From Minisyncoccia bacterium (GTDB lineage Bacteria > Patescibacteriota > Minisyncoccia > Phycocordibacterales > UBA918), in assembly GCA_041736805.1 (NCBI GenBank), contig JBGSSW010000016.1:2526-66525 (forward strand): 64,000 nucleotides of DNA, written 5' to 3'. The stretch's first letter is position 1. Each line of letters opens with the position of its first letter. Below the pieces are notes generated by a model that ran no database searches, was not told the origin of the DNA, and was given only the letters and a program-made list of their open reading frames with translations. The translations under genes were made by a program, and so were the position numbers. Below are positions 1 through 10,630 of this stretch, piece by piece.

Positions 1-822
1 AGCCATGGCTCCGTATAATCCCACCTCATCACCCAGAGTTGCAGTGGTAATAAAAGGACACGGCGCGAAACCGTCTAAGACTTCAACGGTATATTTACGA
101 ATAGCCTCAAGCGGTATCTTAGGGTCCCCTAAAATCATAGACCCGCCTAAAGCAATAACTTCTGGTGACCAATAAAGGATTGTATTACGAAGTCCTTGCG
201 CCAAATAGCCAGCTAATTCATCCCAAATCATATCCTCTTGCGGAATTTCTTTTGGTTTCATGCCTACTCGCAACTCCAATCCTGTCCCAGAGACTAAGTT
301 TTCCAAAGTGGGACTGATTTCATCTCCTAGGATTGTACGATCTATATCCAAAACTTGATGTCCTGGTTCAAAGCCACTACTAGCTTCATCAATTTTACCA
401 CCATCAATTTTGACTCCACCTACCCCAGTACTAATTGTGTGATAGACAAAAATATCTACTCCCTTCCCTACTCCAAATATCGCTTCACCTAACCCAGCCA
501 GAGCTGTATCGTTCTCTAAATAGACCTTGGTTTTAAATTTTTTATTAAGAGCAGATACTATAGAGTGATTGGCCCACTCACCTAAAATTCCATCATTATC
601 AATTCCAGACCTATCCTCACTTAGTAAACCACGTACTCCTCCACAAATTCCTTTGATTGGTTTAGCTGGATTTAAATCTTGAATAGCTTTCTCTATTGCC
701 TCAATGCCTTTTGCAAAATTTTTTGGCGTTGGAAAGGTTCTGCTTCCATTTAATTTTAATAAATCATCACTAGTAGCAACTCTAGTCTTGGTTCCGCCAA
801 TATCAAATAAAATATAACTCAT
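1..822 (-). CDS. ROK family sugar kinase (glucokinase-like); 3' end runs off the window
   Basis: Hand translation of the minus strand from ATG at 822 gives MSYILFDIGGTKTRVA...ENDTALAGLGEAIFG...STGVGG...FEPGHQ...DEVGLYGAMA. ATGA overlap with the pgi stop. Confidence 0.9.
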   Translation of the reverse strand, partial: MSYILFDIGGTKTRVATSDDLLKLNGSRTFPTPKNFAKGIEAIEKAIQDLNPAKPIKGICGGVRGLLSEDRSGIDNDGILGEWANHSIVSALNKKFKTKVYLENDTALAGLGEAIFGVGKGVDIFVYHTISTGVGGVKIDGGKIDEASSGFEPGHQVLDIDRTILGDEISPTLENLVSGTGLELRVGMKPKEIPQEDMIWDELAGYLAQGLRNTILYWSPEVIALGGSMILGDPKIPLEAIRKYTVEVLDGFAPCPFITTATLGDEVGLYGAMA

Positions 823-2075
823 ATGCCGAGTATTTCCTTGGTTTTTATTTTGTACAACTCAACATTTGGCTGATTAAAAGCGTTGATTTTTAGAATATGA
901 GCAGTATACATAACTTCCCTCATTCGCATGCCCATAAATTGACCGACTGAATATGCTAAATTTTCTTCAAAAATAGTAGCTCTGTAAGGTAGCTGCACCT
1001 CTTGATATGCAGAAATAACACCTCCGTATATGGCAGTGGCTACCTCTTGAACTGAGTAACCTTTTAAAACGGGAGCTAATGCATTGACCTTAGGTAACAT
1101 AACATCAATTTTCTCATCGTCAAAAGTAACAAAGTCTGTATAGACATCTGGAACCCCACTCATGTAAAGCTGCCCAACTGAATGTAGTTCAACTGAGGTA
1201 GAAATTGCAGGCACCATTGCATGCTTGATACTATCGCCATTAATATCCTTTTCTTTACCTAAGCTTTCAGCAAAAAGCTGTCTGTACCAGCGCCCTAGTT
1301 TCTCCAGTCTAGTCTCAAAGGCAAAGAAATTATAGTGGTGATATTTTAGCTGATGGTAGGCAGCAAGCCTACTAGCGCTGTCGGCTACCACTGATTCTAA
1401 AGTGGTTTCAGAAGAATCAAGGAAGCCTGTAATGAATTCATCAACGTCGTGCCCTAATAGGGCTAGTGGTACTAAGCCAGCTGCTGTAGCAATAGAATAT
1501 CGTCCTCCAACAACTTCGGGCATCGTGACGCATTCAGACCCTTTCTTGCGTCCATATTTCATAAAATCAGTTCCTGGGCTACCAATGAACAAAGTTTGTT
1601 GGTAAACACTTTCACCAAATTTTTGCTTTAAATCATCTAGTACAACAAGTGCATTTGTAAACATTTCGATAGTTTGTCCCGACTTGCTACTGACACAGAT
1701 AGCCAAATCCGAAACCTTTTTTATCGAAGATAATTCCTTGCGCAATTCGTAAATCTTACTGACAGACGCCGTATCAAGTACCCGTAACTTCACTCCCCCT
1801 TCATCTAAAGTGGCGTGCACAGCTTCTACTCCAAGGGTTTGTCCACCAATACCAATCAAAATTACATATTTAATACCTTTGAAACGCTTCTTAACACTAG
1901 CCAATGTTTCGTGCAATGAAAAATCCCGACAATGATAAAGAGAATGTTCTGCTACATCCAAATTGTTAGTTTCAAAGTTAGAGGCTATTTCTTCTCTATA
2001 ATTTTTAAGTTTCTTTAAATTTGTACTTAGCGTCTTTTCTGAAACTCGTTTGTCGTCGAAGTAGGAAATGTACAT
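819..2075 (-). CDS. pgi: Glucose-6-phosphate isomerase (divergent)
   Basis: SIS motifs IGIGG, SKSGQT, VGGRYS, QLFAESLGK, HSVGQ and NAFNQPNVE. Confidence 0.85.
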   Translation of the reverse strand: MYISYFDDKRVSEKTLSTNLKKLKNYREEIASNFETNNLDVAEHSLYHCRDFSLHETLASVKKRFKGIKYVILIGIGGQTLGVEAVHATLDEGGVKLRVLDTASVSKIYELRKELSSIKKVSDLAICVSSKSGQTIEMFTNALVVLDDLKQKFGESVYQQTLFIGSPGTDFMKYGRKKGSECVTMPEVVGGRYSIATAAGLVPLALLGHDVDEFITGFLDSSETTLESVVADSASRLAAYHQLKYHHYNFFAFETRLEKLGRWYRQLFAESLGKEKDINGDSIKHAMVPAISTSVELHSVGQLYMSGVPDVYTDFVTFDDEKIDVMLPKVNALAPVLKGYSVQEVATAIYGGVISAYQEVQLPYRATIFEENLAYSVGQFMGMRMREVMYTAHILKINAFNQPNVELYKIKTKEILGI

Positions 2076-2085
2076 ATTAATAATA

Positions 2086-2826
2086 TTAAACTTGTCTAGT
2101 ATTCACAAAATCTACGTTTTTTATTATGTACTTATAAGCTTCCTCTACAGTATCGACGAGGTGAAATAGTTCAAGATCTTCCTTGCTGATTGTTTTATGC
2201 TTCTTTAATAGATCCTTTTCAAACCATCGTAATAAAGGTTCCCAATAATCTTTACCAAATAATACTATTGGAAGTTTTTCAATTTTCTTAGTCTGGATTA
2301 AGGTAACAATTTCAAAAAATTCATCTAAAGTACCAAACCCACCTGGAAAATAAACATAAACTTCCGAAGAAAAAGTTAACATTACTTTTCGGGCAAAGAA
2401 AAAATCGAAGTCTAAAGATTCAGTCGTATAAGGATTTAACTTTTGTTCAAATGGAAGTTCAATATTTAGACCGATGGAATTCCCTCCCACTTTGAAAGCC
2501 CCAACGTTTGAGGCTTCCATAATACCTGGCCCCCCACCCGAAATAATTGTAAAACCTTTTTTTGCTAAGCGCGCAGCTAATTCCTCAGCGTCTTTATAGT
2601 ACGGTTCGTTAGGCTTAATTCTGGCACTTCCCCAAAAAGTTGCTGCTAGTCCGTAATTTCTTAACAACTCAAATCCTTGTACGAATTCAGACATGATTCT
2701 AAAAACACGCCAAGACTCTATGGCGGCATCGTTGCCTCTAGGGTCTAGTAATTCTGTAACCACGCGACAATTTTGAGCTTTCTTTTTTTCAGACTTACTC
2801 TTTATATTGAATATTTTTTTAACCAT
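2086..2826 (-). CDS. LOG family (TIGR00730) Rossmann-fold nucleotide monophosphate nucleosidase
   Basis: FWGSAR, SGGGPGIM, FFARK and PGGFGTLDE motifs. Start trimmed to MVKK at 2826. Confidence 0.9.
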   Translation of the reverse strand: MVKKIFNIKSKSEKKKAQNCRVVTELLDPRGNDAAIESWRVFRIMSEFVQGFELLRNYGLAATFWGSARIKPNEPYYKDAEELAARLAKKGFTIISGGGPGIMEASNVGAFKVGGNSIGLNIELPFEQKLNPYTTESLDFDFFFARKVMLTFSSEVYVYFPGGFGTLDEFFEIVTLIQTKKIEKLPIVLFGKDYWEPLLRWFEKDLLKKHKTISKEDLELFHLVDTVEEAYKYIIKNVDFVNTRQV

Positions 2827-2831
2827 ATTTA

Positions 2832-3443
2832 TCATATTGTAGCACTTGGAAATGTCCACGGCATTAGGAAAGAATCAAACTCGGGGAGAAGCATTTTATT
2901 ATTAAGTAAACGAGAAGTAACCTCAGCGTGGCAAAGTGCTCCCGTAAGAGCATTATGTGGTTCAGGTTCACTAGGGATACCGCAATAATTTAACACCACA
3001 TCAAGATTTAAGGCGCTTCTGCGATGCTGTTCATCAATAGGCGCTGAAAGTCCTCTCTTTACCATATGCATCCAGCAAAAAGTGTGTGTATCTAGAGTGC
3101 GATGGGCCATATCCCAAGCAATATTTGCTCTATCGCAAGCGGCCCTCATCATATCACGATCAAAAGAAACATTTTGCCCAACTAAAGTTCTGTCAGACAT
3201 GTGTTGTGACCACTCCATAAAATTTTGAATCAATTCCGCTTCAGTTAACTTGGTTTCATCCCGAATTTCTTCCTCGGTGTAACCGTTTACTTCCAGAGCC
3301 CCATCCATAACGTGTGCACCTTGCCAAATTCTGCACTCACCATAAAAACGATTGCTTGGATTAGCAAAATCCAAAGCACCAATTGAAACAATAGAGTGTT
3401 TCTTGTAATCAGTTCCAGAGGCTTCAACATCGACAATTATCAT
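2832..3443 (-). CDS. DEDDh-type 3'-5' exonuclease (DnaQ/RNase T-like)
   Basis: ExoI VDVEASG, ExoII GQNVSFD, ExoIII HNAL. Confidence 0.85.
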   Translation of the reverse strand: MIIVDVEASGTDYKKHSIVSIGALDFANPSNRFYGECRIWQGAHVMDGALEVNGYTEEEIRDETKLTEAELIQNFMEWSQHMSDRTLVGQNVSFDRDMMRAACDRANIAWDMAHRTLDTHTFCWMHMVKRGLSAPIDEQHRRSALNLDVVLNYCGIPSEPEPHNALTGALCHAEVTSRLLNNKMLLPEFDSFLMPWTFPSATI

Positions 3444-3452
3444 AGTAGCAAT

Positions 3453-4259
3453 TTATTTATTGGTGGGTTTTACAAAATTAATTTTATCATACAAACCTGC
3501 AACTGCTGCACCGTAATAAATTAAAAGGGCCCAAACATATATCCAAATAAGTAAAACTAAGATTAAGCCAGCAGCACCAAAAAGTGTTAAGACGGGAGTA
3601 GAGGCAATATAGGAACCAACTAAAATCTTGGCTAAAACAAATAAAATTGAACTCACTAACGCTCCAACAAAGCAGCCTTTTAGACTTGGTGCTTTCATCA
3701 CCAAGAAACGATACAAGGTGAAGAAAAATAAAGTGGTTGAACTAAACAAAACTAAAGACGACGTAATTTCGTTCTCACCAAAAAAGGCTGGGGCAATAAA
3801 AAATTCAATCCCAATACTAAAGGTAAGATAAATTTGTAAAACAAGGATAAAGCCAACCGAGCGTAAGCTCTTGAATATCCAGGCCTTAAAACCCCTGCGT
3901 TCATTTCCCCATAAAACATGAAAACCATCACTAAGTGTATTAAGGGCTATAATACAAAAAAAGATAAAAAAAGAAGTTCCAATGAAATTAAAATTGTTGG
4001 CTTGGTTTTCTAAGCCAATATTACTAATAGCACTTTTGATAATTTTAATTAAGTCTTCTCCCAAGACTGATCCCCAAGACGAAAAGACATTTGTAATAAA
4101 AGTGTCGCCATAAAGAAAACCTAAAAAAGAGATTGAAAGAAAGAGGAGAGGAATTAGGGCCATTGGTGCATAGTAGGAAAAAGCAGCTGCGTAATAGCTA
4201 ATTTCGCATTCAAAAAAGCGCTTGCCCGCGTCAAACAGTAGGTAGAAAAATTTAACCAT
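3453..4259 (-). CDS. YihY/BrkB family membrane protein
   Basis: AAAFSYY at the N-terminus, about 6 TM helices, FGAAGLILVLLIWIY near the C-terminus. Confidence 0.85.
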   Translation of the reverse strand: MVKFFYLLFDAGKRFFECEISYYAAAFSYYAPMALIPLLFLSISFLGFLYGDTFITNVFSSWGSVLGEDLIKIIKSAISNIGLENQANNFNFIGTSFFIFFCIIALNTLSDGFHVLWGNERRGFKAWIFKSLRSVGFILVLQIYLTFSIGIEFFIAPAFFGENEITSSLVLFSSTTLFFFTLYRFLVMKAPSLKGCFVGALVSSILFVLAKILVGSYIASTPVLTLFGAAGLILVLLIWIYVWALLIYYGAAVAGLYDKINFVKPTNK

Positions 4260-4281
4260 ATATTTTAACTAATACTCTATT

Positions 4282-4668
4282 CTATTGTAATCCAGAGCAA
4301 TTAGCAGCCGGTTTATACCCGGCAGACTCGGCTGCGGCTTTTGAAGTAAAGTAAATTTTATTTTCCTCCTTTATCTGTTTGGCTCCAGGGCACGTGAGGA
4401 GGTGATATTTGGAGCCGGATTTTGAAGCCACCAGTTCTGTTGTACCGCTGTTGGCCCTTGTGGCTGACTCTGACTTCTGATTTGATACTGACGCCGGTAA
4501 AGCTACCGTATCCAAAGCTTTAAAGCTCGGCTGTGAAATCTCCTCTATTTCAGCCACCACCTCTACCGAGGCCCTGCCTAAAGCAAATGAAGTAATCCCT
4601 ACTAAGATCAACATTAAGCCAAAGAAAATTTGGTCATTTTGAAGGAAAAGCTTGAATTTTTCAAACAT
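4282..4668 (-). CDS. Membrane-anchored protein with C-terminal Ada-like metal-binding domain
   Basis: N-terminal TM helix; [25 protein letters not shown]...[10 protein letters not shown]. Confidence 0.75.
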   Translation of the reverse strand: MFEKFKLFLQNDQIFFGLMLILVGITSFALGRASVEVVAEIEEISQPSFKALDTVALPASVSNQKSESATRANSGTTELVASKSGSKYHLLTCPGAKQIKEENKIYFTSKAAAESAGYKPAANCSGLQ

Positions 4669-4714
4669 ATATCGTATACTCCACCAGTTATATTTCGTTT
4701 ATTTATTATATACT

Positions 4715-4993
4715 ATGGCAACTAAGAAAGCGGGAGGTACCGCTAAAAACCTGCGTGATTCGCAACCAAAATACCTAGGAATTAAGAAAGCTGCTGGACA
4801 GGCAGTAAAGGCTGGCAATATTATTGTTAGACAGCGCGGAACCAAAATTGAAGCCGGTAAAGGGGTTTTTATTGGTAAAGACCATACTTTATTTGCGGCA
4901 ATTGCCGGAACAGTTTCTTTCCGAAACATTCGCAAAACTCGTTTCAATGGAAAGACTGTAAGTAAGAAAAGTGTTGATGTTTTAGCTGCTTAG
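4715..4993 (+). CDS. rpmA: 50S ribosomal protein L27
   Basis: [22 protein letters not shown]...IIVRQRGTK...GKDHTLFA. Confidence 0.97.
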   Translation: MATKKAGGTAKNLRDSQPKYLGIKKAAGQAVKAGNIIVRQRGTKIEAGKGVFIGKDHTLFAAIAGTVSFRNIRKTRFNGKTVSKKSVDVLAA

Positions 4994-4995
4994 CT

Positions 4996-5039
4996 AAATA
5001 AAAAAGCCTCGCGCCAAAGGCGCGAGGCTTTTTTTATTT
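4996..5039. terminator. Bidirectional intrinsic terminator
   Basis: AAAAAAGCCTCGCGCC-AAA-GGCGCGAGGCTTTTTT between convergent genes. Confidence 0.9.
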
Positions 5040-5055
5040 TAAAATCCAACTGGAA

Positions 5056-5751
5056 CTATTTTCTTAGGATATCTATAGATTCGATCACTACATCATCAAG
5101 TGGTAAGTCTCTATCATCTACTGGCGTAAAGGAAATCTTGTCTACTATTTCCATACCTTCAATGACGTGTCCAAAAACTGGGTGTTTAGAAGATAGAGGG
5201 GGTTTGTCAAAATCTAAGTTTGTATTATCTGCGACATTAATGAAAAATTGACTACCGCCACTATTTGGACCACTATTTGCCATTGATATTGTGCCTCTTA
5301 TGTTAGTTAAATACTTACCAGCGATGTGTTCATCTGGAATAGAGTACCCTGGTCCACCAGTTCCGTAACGTAGGTATTCTTCAGTTTTAGTAATTGGATC
5401 ACCTCCCTGAATCATAAATCCATCTATTACTCGATGAAATTTGATCCCATTATAAAAACCTTCCTCAGCTAATTTAATAAAGTTGCCAGCTGTGACAGGC
5501 ATAGTATCTTCAAACAACTCCATCTTGAATGTTCCTAAATTAGTTTTAAATTCTGCAACTGGGTTTTTCTTGTTTGTCATAGAAACTTTATAGGCGGCTA
5601 ATTCTTTTGCTGTTAGCGGCGAAATTAATTTTTCACTATCGTCATTACTACTAATATCCTTATTTGGCGCCAGCCAAATACTAATACCTGCTACCAATAA
5701 TCCACAAAATACCAGTACTGAGGCTACGCTGATTATATTATTTTTTGACAT
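5056..5751 (-). CDS. Membrane-anchored cyclophilin-type peptidyl-prolyl cis-trans isomerase
   Basis: FHRVIDGFMIQGGDP, GTISMAN.GPNSGGSQFFIN and HPVFG motifs; N-terminal TM helix. Confidence 0.93.
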   Translation of the reverse strand: MSKNNIISVASVLVFCGLLVAGISIWLAPNKDISSNDDSEKLISPLTAKELAAYKVSMTNKKNPVAEFKTNLGTFKMELFEDTMPVTAGNFIKLAEEGFYNGIKFHRVIDGFMIQGGDPITKTEEYLRYGTGGPGYSIPDEHIAGKYLTNIRGTISMANSGPNSGGSQFFINVADNTNLDFDKPPLSSKHPVFGHVIEGMEIVDKISFTPVDDRDLPLDDVVIESIDILRK

Positions 5752-5755
5752 GGCT

Positions 5756-6196
5756 TTATTTAGCGACAACATTAATTTGAATTGAGGCCACTTCACCATG
5801 ATTTTTTAATTGAATTTCATGTTGACCAATTGATTTAATTGGGTTCATTAAATGAATATACTCTTTCGGTAATACAAGGTTAACTTTAGCTGCTGAATTA
5901 ACAATGTCATCAGCGTGAATACTTTGAAATAAGTGTCCTTGCTGATTAGCTTGAACCAATACTTCCAAAGGAGTACTTTTTAATTCGCCTGCAATTTTCT
6001 TAATTTCTTTAACAATCACTTCTTTGCTGGTTTTGTCTTTCAAGCGCATGTTTTCAACCCTCTTTATATTTACTGGTGTAGCTGGTTCGGCGTCCTTACG
6101 CGGAATTAACTTATTGAGTGCAAAGCCATCAGGAACCTCTACCACCTGATACCTTCGGCCAATTTTTGCGACATCTCGTAACAGAATGACTTTCAT
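5756..6196 (-). CDS. rplI: 50S ribosomal protein L9
   Basis: MKVILLRDVAKIG...VEVPDGFALNKLIP. Confidence 0.96.
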   Translation of the reverse strand: MKVILLRDVAKIGRRYQVVEVPDGFALNKLIPRKDAEPATPVNIKRVENMRLKDKTSKEVIVKEIKKIAGELKSTPLEVLVQANQQGHLFQSIHADDIVNSAAKVNLVLPKEYIHLMNPIKSIGQHEIQLKNHGEVASIQINVVAK

Positions 6197-6275
6197 GCTT
6201 TATTAAAGGTTATGTACACTAATAAATTTTATCGGCCAATAATAGCAAAATCCGTTCTCTGCCGCTAGCTACTAG

Positions 6276-7574
6276 CTATTCAGAAACAACTTCTTCTCCT
6301 TTCAAGAATTTAATAGCTACGTCTTGCTGAGGGTCAAGATTGTCCAAACGTTGTTGTGGAGTACGACTAATCTTGATGTCTGGCTTGAGTCCAGAATCAG
6401 AAATTGATATTCCTTCTGGAGTAAGCCATCTAGCCACAGTAATTTTAACTGATGAGCCATTATCTAATTGCACCAATTCCTGCACTGAACCTTTACCAAA
6501 AGTGTCCACCCCAATCAAAGTAGCTGCGTCATGTTCTCGCAGGGCGCCAGCCAAAATTTCAGAAGCAGAAGCTGATCCGCCGTCTATTAAAATAACCATT
6601 TCCTTAGCACTAAACTCTTTAATGGTTCTTCCCTGACTACGGTATAACTTTTCTTCATCGCCTTCACCGAAGTGTTCCCTTACAACTATCTTTCCGGTCG
6701 GCAGGAAGTAACCTGCAATGGCTACAGCACTCTGCAGATAACCCCCAGGATTTCCTCTTAGGTCCAAGACTATTTTGTTTGAGCCACTTTTTACATACTC
6801 TCTTAAGGCTTCTTGAAATTTCATCTCAGAGATAGCGTTAAAGCTATACAGTCTGATTATGAAAATTCCATCAACTACTTCGGTCTTGATGGTTGGAATA
6901 TTTATCGTGTCTCTAGTTACCGGTATTTCTCTGATTTCCAAATCACCTTCACGGAAGATTGAAAGCACCACTACAGTTCCCTTTTCACCTCGAATTAACT
7001 TAACCGCTTCATCGATCCTCATGCCGTCAGTATTTTGTCCATCGATTTTTACAATCAAATCTCCGGCCATAATACCAGCTCTTTCAGCTGGAGTGTCAGG
7101 CAAAGGTGCTATCACCGTTACAATATTATCTCTAATCCCCACCTCCATTCCTATCCCACTAAAATTACCGGAAATATCTTCAGCAAATTCCGCACTCTCA
7201 ACCGGAGGAAAAAATACTGTATAAGGGTCACCATAAGTTGCCACCAGACCTTCAATAGCTCCATTAATTTTGTCTTCATTAGATAAGCTAACAGTAGTAC
7301 TAGCAGAAATAAATTTTTCATCTAACAAATTCCAAACTTTCCAAAACTCGGTTAAGTCGGCCTCCTTATTTTCAGCTGAGTTAACAGGATTTGAAAAAAA
7401 AGAAAATAAGCTAGCTGTCTGATTTTCATTATTAAATAAAGTACTGGCTTGCAGGCCAGAGGTAAAGGATCCAGCGGCTAAGATTAGGGCTAGCGCGATA
7501 CCTAAATAATTACTTTTTTTGGAAGGTTTTCCTTGTTTTAATAAATCTGGATTAAATGGTTTTTCTTCATACAT
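6276..7574 (-). CDS. S41 family carboxyl-terminal processing protease with PDZ domain
   Basis: FSGIG PDZ motif, LDLRGNPGG, SASASEI, TFGKGSVQ. Confidence 0.95.
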   Translation of the reverse strand: MYEEKPFNPDLLKQGKPSKKSNYLGIALALILAAGSFTSGLQASTLFNNENQTASLFSFFSNPVNSAENKEADLTEFWKVWNLLDEKFISASTTVSLSNEDKINGAIEGLVATYGDPYTVFFPPVESAEFAEDISGNFSGIGMEVGIRDNIVTVIAPLPDTPAERAGIMAGDLIVKIDGQNTDGMRIDEAVKLIRGEKGTVVVLSIFREGDLEIREIPVTRDTINIPTIKTEVVDGIFIIRLYSFNAISEMKFQEALREYVKSGSNKIVLDLRGNPGGYLQSAVAIAGYFLPTGKIVVREHFGEGDEEKLYRSQGRTIKEFSAKEMVILIDGGSASASEILAGALREHDAATLIGVDTFGKGSVQELVQLDNGSSVKITVARWLTPEGISISDSGLKPDIKISRTPQQRLDNLDPQQDVAIKFLKGEEVVSE

Positions 7575-7660
7575 AGTGACTATTATGACATGAAGTGGCT
7601 CGATGACAAAAGTCGTTATGTGACTTCATGTTTAAGCTCTATTTTGTTACACTATAGAAC

Positions 7661-9121
7661 ATGTTTAACAATCTATTTAAAAAACCCGCCTCAAATACAA
7701 ATCTGCCTGAAATTAGTTTTTATAACACAGAATCAAAAAAACTTGAGTTATTTAAGCCTATTTCAAACAAGACAGTCAGCATTTACTCTTGTGGTCCAAC
7801 TGTCTATGATTATGTACATATTGGTAATCTACGTTCTTACGTATTCTCCGATATATTGAAGCGAACCCTACTGATTAACGGCTATACTGTAAATCAAACT
7901 ATAAACATAACTGATTTTGGCCACTTAACTGATGATGGGGATGCCGGTGAAGATAAAATGATGAAAGGTTTAAAGCGAGAAGGTCTTCCAGTGACCTTAG
8001 ACTCAATGCGAGAACTTTCAGATACTTACATTGATGCTTTTTATGATGATATTGATTCGTTGCGCATCCTACCTCCTACTACATGGTCACGAGCCAGTGA
8101 CTACATTAATTCACAGATACGGCTAATCGAAACCCTTTCCGAAAAAGGTTACACCTATGAGACTAGCGACGGGGTCTATTTTGATATTCAAAAGTATCCG
8201 AACTATGGAAGACTAGGAAATATTGACCTAGAACAATTAAAAAGTGGAGCCAGAGTTGAAGTCAATACTGAAAAGCGCCATCCCGCTGATTTCGCAGTTT
8301 GGAAAAAAGGTCAACTTGGTTGGGAAAGCCGCTGGGGTAAAGGTTTCCCGGGTTGGCATATTGAATGTTCGGCTATGGCCATGGCGACCCTTGGTAAGGA
8401 GATAGATATTCATACTGGTGGTATTGACCACATTCCAGTTCACCACAACGCCGAAATAGCTCAATCTGAATGTGCGACGGGTAAAAAATTTGTTCGCTAC
8501 TGGATGCACAATGCTTTCATTACTATAGATAATACAAAGATCGCCAAATCACTTGGTAATTCTATTACCTTAAGACACCTCTTTGATCGTGGCTTTACTG
8601 GCGATGACTATCGTTATTGGCTGCTAACGGCCCACTACCGTTCCCCGATTAATTTCTCCTGGGATGCCCTCACAGCGGCCAAACAAGCCCTCTACCGACT
8701 CAAACGCTTTGTCTACGAAGACTACAAACAAATACCAGGACTACCTAACCAAGACTACGTTAAAAAATTCAAACAATTTTTAGCTAATGATTTAGACACT
8801 CCTTCAGCTATTGCTTTACTATGGGAAGTGACAAAAGACGATTCTCTTACCAACAAAGAGAAGTGTGCCACCATTCACTACATGGACAATGTTTTAGAAA
8901 TTGGTTTAAGTGATGATTTAGACAGTGGTAAAAAAACCCTCGGTATTGTTGGTAGTAGTGATATTCCCGCGGAAATTCAAGAATTGATAAATAATCGTGA
9001 AGCGGCCAGAATTGCCCGCAATTGGTTAGAGGCCGATAAATTTCGAGAATTATTAAACTTGAAAGGCTACTCTGTAGAAGATACACCTTACGGGCCAAAA
9101 ATAAGTAAGGGTTCTGAGTAA
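7661..9121 (+). CDS. cysS: Cysteine--tRNA ligase
   Basis: CGPTVYDYVHIGN, GFPGWHIECSAM, KIAKS (KMSKS-like). Confidence 0.97.
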   Translation: MFNNLFKKPASNTNLPEISFYNTESKKLELFKPISNKTVSIYSCGPTVYDYVHIGNLRSYVFSDILKRTLLINGYTVNQTINITDFGHLTDDGDAGEDKMMKGLKREGLPVTLDSMRELSDTYIDAFYDDIDSLRILPPTTWSRASDYINSQIRLIETLSEKGYTYETSDGVYFDIQKYPNYGRLGNIDLEQLKSGARVEVNTEKRHPADFAVWKKGQLGWESRWGKGFPGWHIECSAMAMATLGKEIDIHTGGIDHIPVHHNAEIAQSECATGKKFVRYWMHNAFITIDNTKIAKSLGNSITLRHLFDRGFTGDDYRYWLLTAHYRSPINFSWDALTAAKQALYRLKRFVYEDYKQIPGLPNQDYVKKFKQFLANDLDTPSAIALLWEVTKDDSLTNKEKCATIHYMDNVLEIGLSDDLDSGKKTLGIVGSSDIPAEIQELINNREAARIARNWLEADKFRELLNLKGYSVEDTPYGPKISKGSE

Positions 9122-9206
9122 ATTTACGACCTCAAAAGTTATAAACAAAGTCCACAGTACTGTGCAAAAGTAGTCAAGGAAGGAAGCGTGATACAATGCT
9201 ACCACT

Positions 9207-10589
9207 ATGGCAGAAACACGTTCCACTAATCGTTCCTTACGGACACCTCCGCACAATATTGACGCTGAAAAAGCATTGCTGGGTGCGATTATTTTGAAAC
9301 CAGATGTTATGCATGATGTATCAGTGACGGTTTATCCTGAAAGCTTTTACGCCGATAAACACCGTGCAATTTACGATGCTGTTCTATCAATTTTTTCTAA
9401 AGGTGACCCTATAGATGTTGTTTCTTTAGTTTCAAAACTGAAGTCTAATAATACTCTCGATAGAGTAGGTGGTGCTAGCTATATAACTGAACTCATCGAG
9501 ACAGTACCCGCTGCCGGTAATGCCCACTACTACGCTGAACTTGTACAAGGAAAAGCCGCTCTCCGTAATCTTATCTATGCCGCTGATGATATTGCTGAAA
9601 TTGGCTACTCAGACCCAGAGAGTGTTGATGAAGCACTAGACCAAGCCGAGAAAAAAATCTTTCATGCCACCCAATCACCCACGGCGCAAAAATTTAAAAC
9701 TATCGGCACTTCCCTAACGGAAGCCTGGGAACGTTTTGAATACCTCAGTGCCAACCAAAATGAAAGACGTGGTGTGCCTTCCGGTTTTACTGCCCTAGAC
9801 AATGTTTTGGCTGGATTTCAAAAATCAGATTTGATTATCTTGGCGGCTCGCCCATCAATGGGAAAGACGACCTTTGCCTTGGACATTGCGCGTAACGCCG
9901 CCCTAAAATTTGGCGCCTCGGTTGGTATCTTTTCTCTAGAAATGAGTGACCAACAACTGGTGGACAGAATGCTAGCAGCTGAAGCTGGAGTTGACTCTTG
10001 GAAACTGCGAACGGGAAAACTTTCTAACGATCAAGAGTTTGAGGCTGTCCAACAAGCCATGGCTAAACTTTCTGACGCCCAAATACACATTGATGACCAA
10101 GCTGGCAACAACATTCTTAAGATGCGTTCGGCGGCGAGACGACTAAAAAACGAGCATGGTCTGGATTTGTTAATTGTAGACTACCTCCAGCTAATGTCCC
10201 CTACTGCTACCAAGGCTAGTGACTCCATGGTGCAACAAGTAACTGAAATTTCTCGCTCACTCAAAATCCTGGCTCGCGACCTAGAAGTACCAGTTCTTGC
10301 TCTTTCACAGCTCTCTCGAGCCGTAGAACAACGCGGTGGCAAGCCTCGCCTATCTGACTTGCGCGACTCTGGTTCTATCGAGCAGGATGCCGACGTGGTG
10401 ATGTTCATACACCGTGAGGACAAAATCAATAAAGAATCAGATCGGCCAAACATTGCTGAAATACTGGTAGAAAAGCACCGTAATGGTCCAGTTGGTTCAT
10501 GTGAATTATTCTTTGACGGTAAACACGTCCGTTTCCTCAATCTTGATACCAAGCATCACAGCGAAGCTGCTGCTCATGACGATTTCTAG
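9207..10589 (+). CDS. dnaB: Replicative DNA helicase
   Basis: AARPSMGKT, VDYLQL, LSQLSR, DLRDSGSIEQDAD. No intein. Confidence 0.98.
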   Translation: MAETRSTNRSLRTPPHNIDAEKALLGAIILKPDVMHDVSVTVYPESFYADKHRAIYDAVLSIFSKGDPIDVVSLVSKLKSNNTLDRVGGASYITELIETVPAAGNAHYYAELVQGKAALRNLIYAADDIAEIGYSDPESVDEALDQAEKKIFHATQSPTAQKFKTIGTSLTEAWERFEYLSANQNERRGVPSGFTALDNVLAGFQKSDLIILAARPSMGKTTFALDIARNAALKFGASVGIFSLEMSDQQLVDRMLAAEAGVDSWKLRTGKLSNDQEFEAVQQAMAKLSDAQIHIDDQAGNNILKMRSAARRLKNEHGLDLLIVDYLQLMSPTATKASDSMVQQVTEISRSLKILARDLEVPVLALSQLSRAVEQRGGKPRLSDLRDSGSIEQDADVVMFIHREDKINKESDRPNIAEILVEKHRNGPVGSCELFFDGKHVRFLNLDTKHHSEAAAHDDF

Positions 10590-10630
10590 AGTGTTTCAAA
10601 TGTAATAATAAAAACTATTTTAAAAGAAAT

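Noticed and set aside
9207-10589. Intein or intron in dnaB or the tRNAs
   Set aside because: DnaB is a normal 460 aa, and both tRNAs are 72 nt and uninterrupted.
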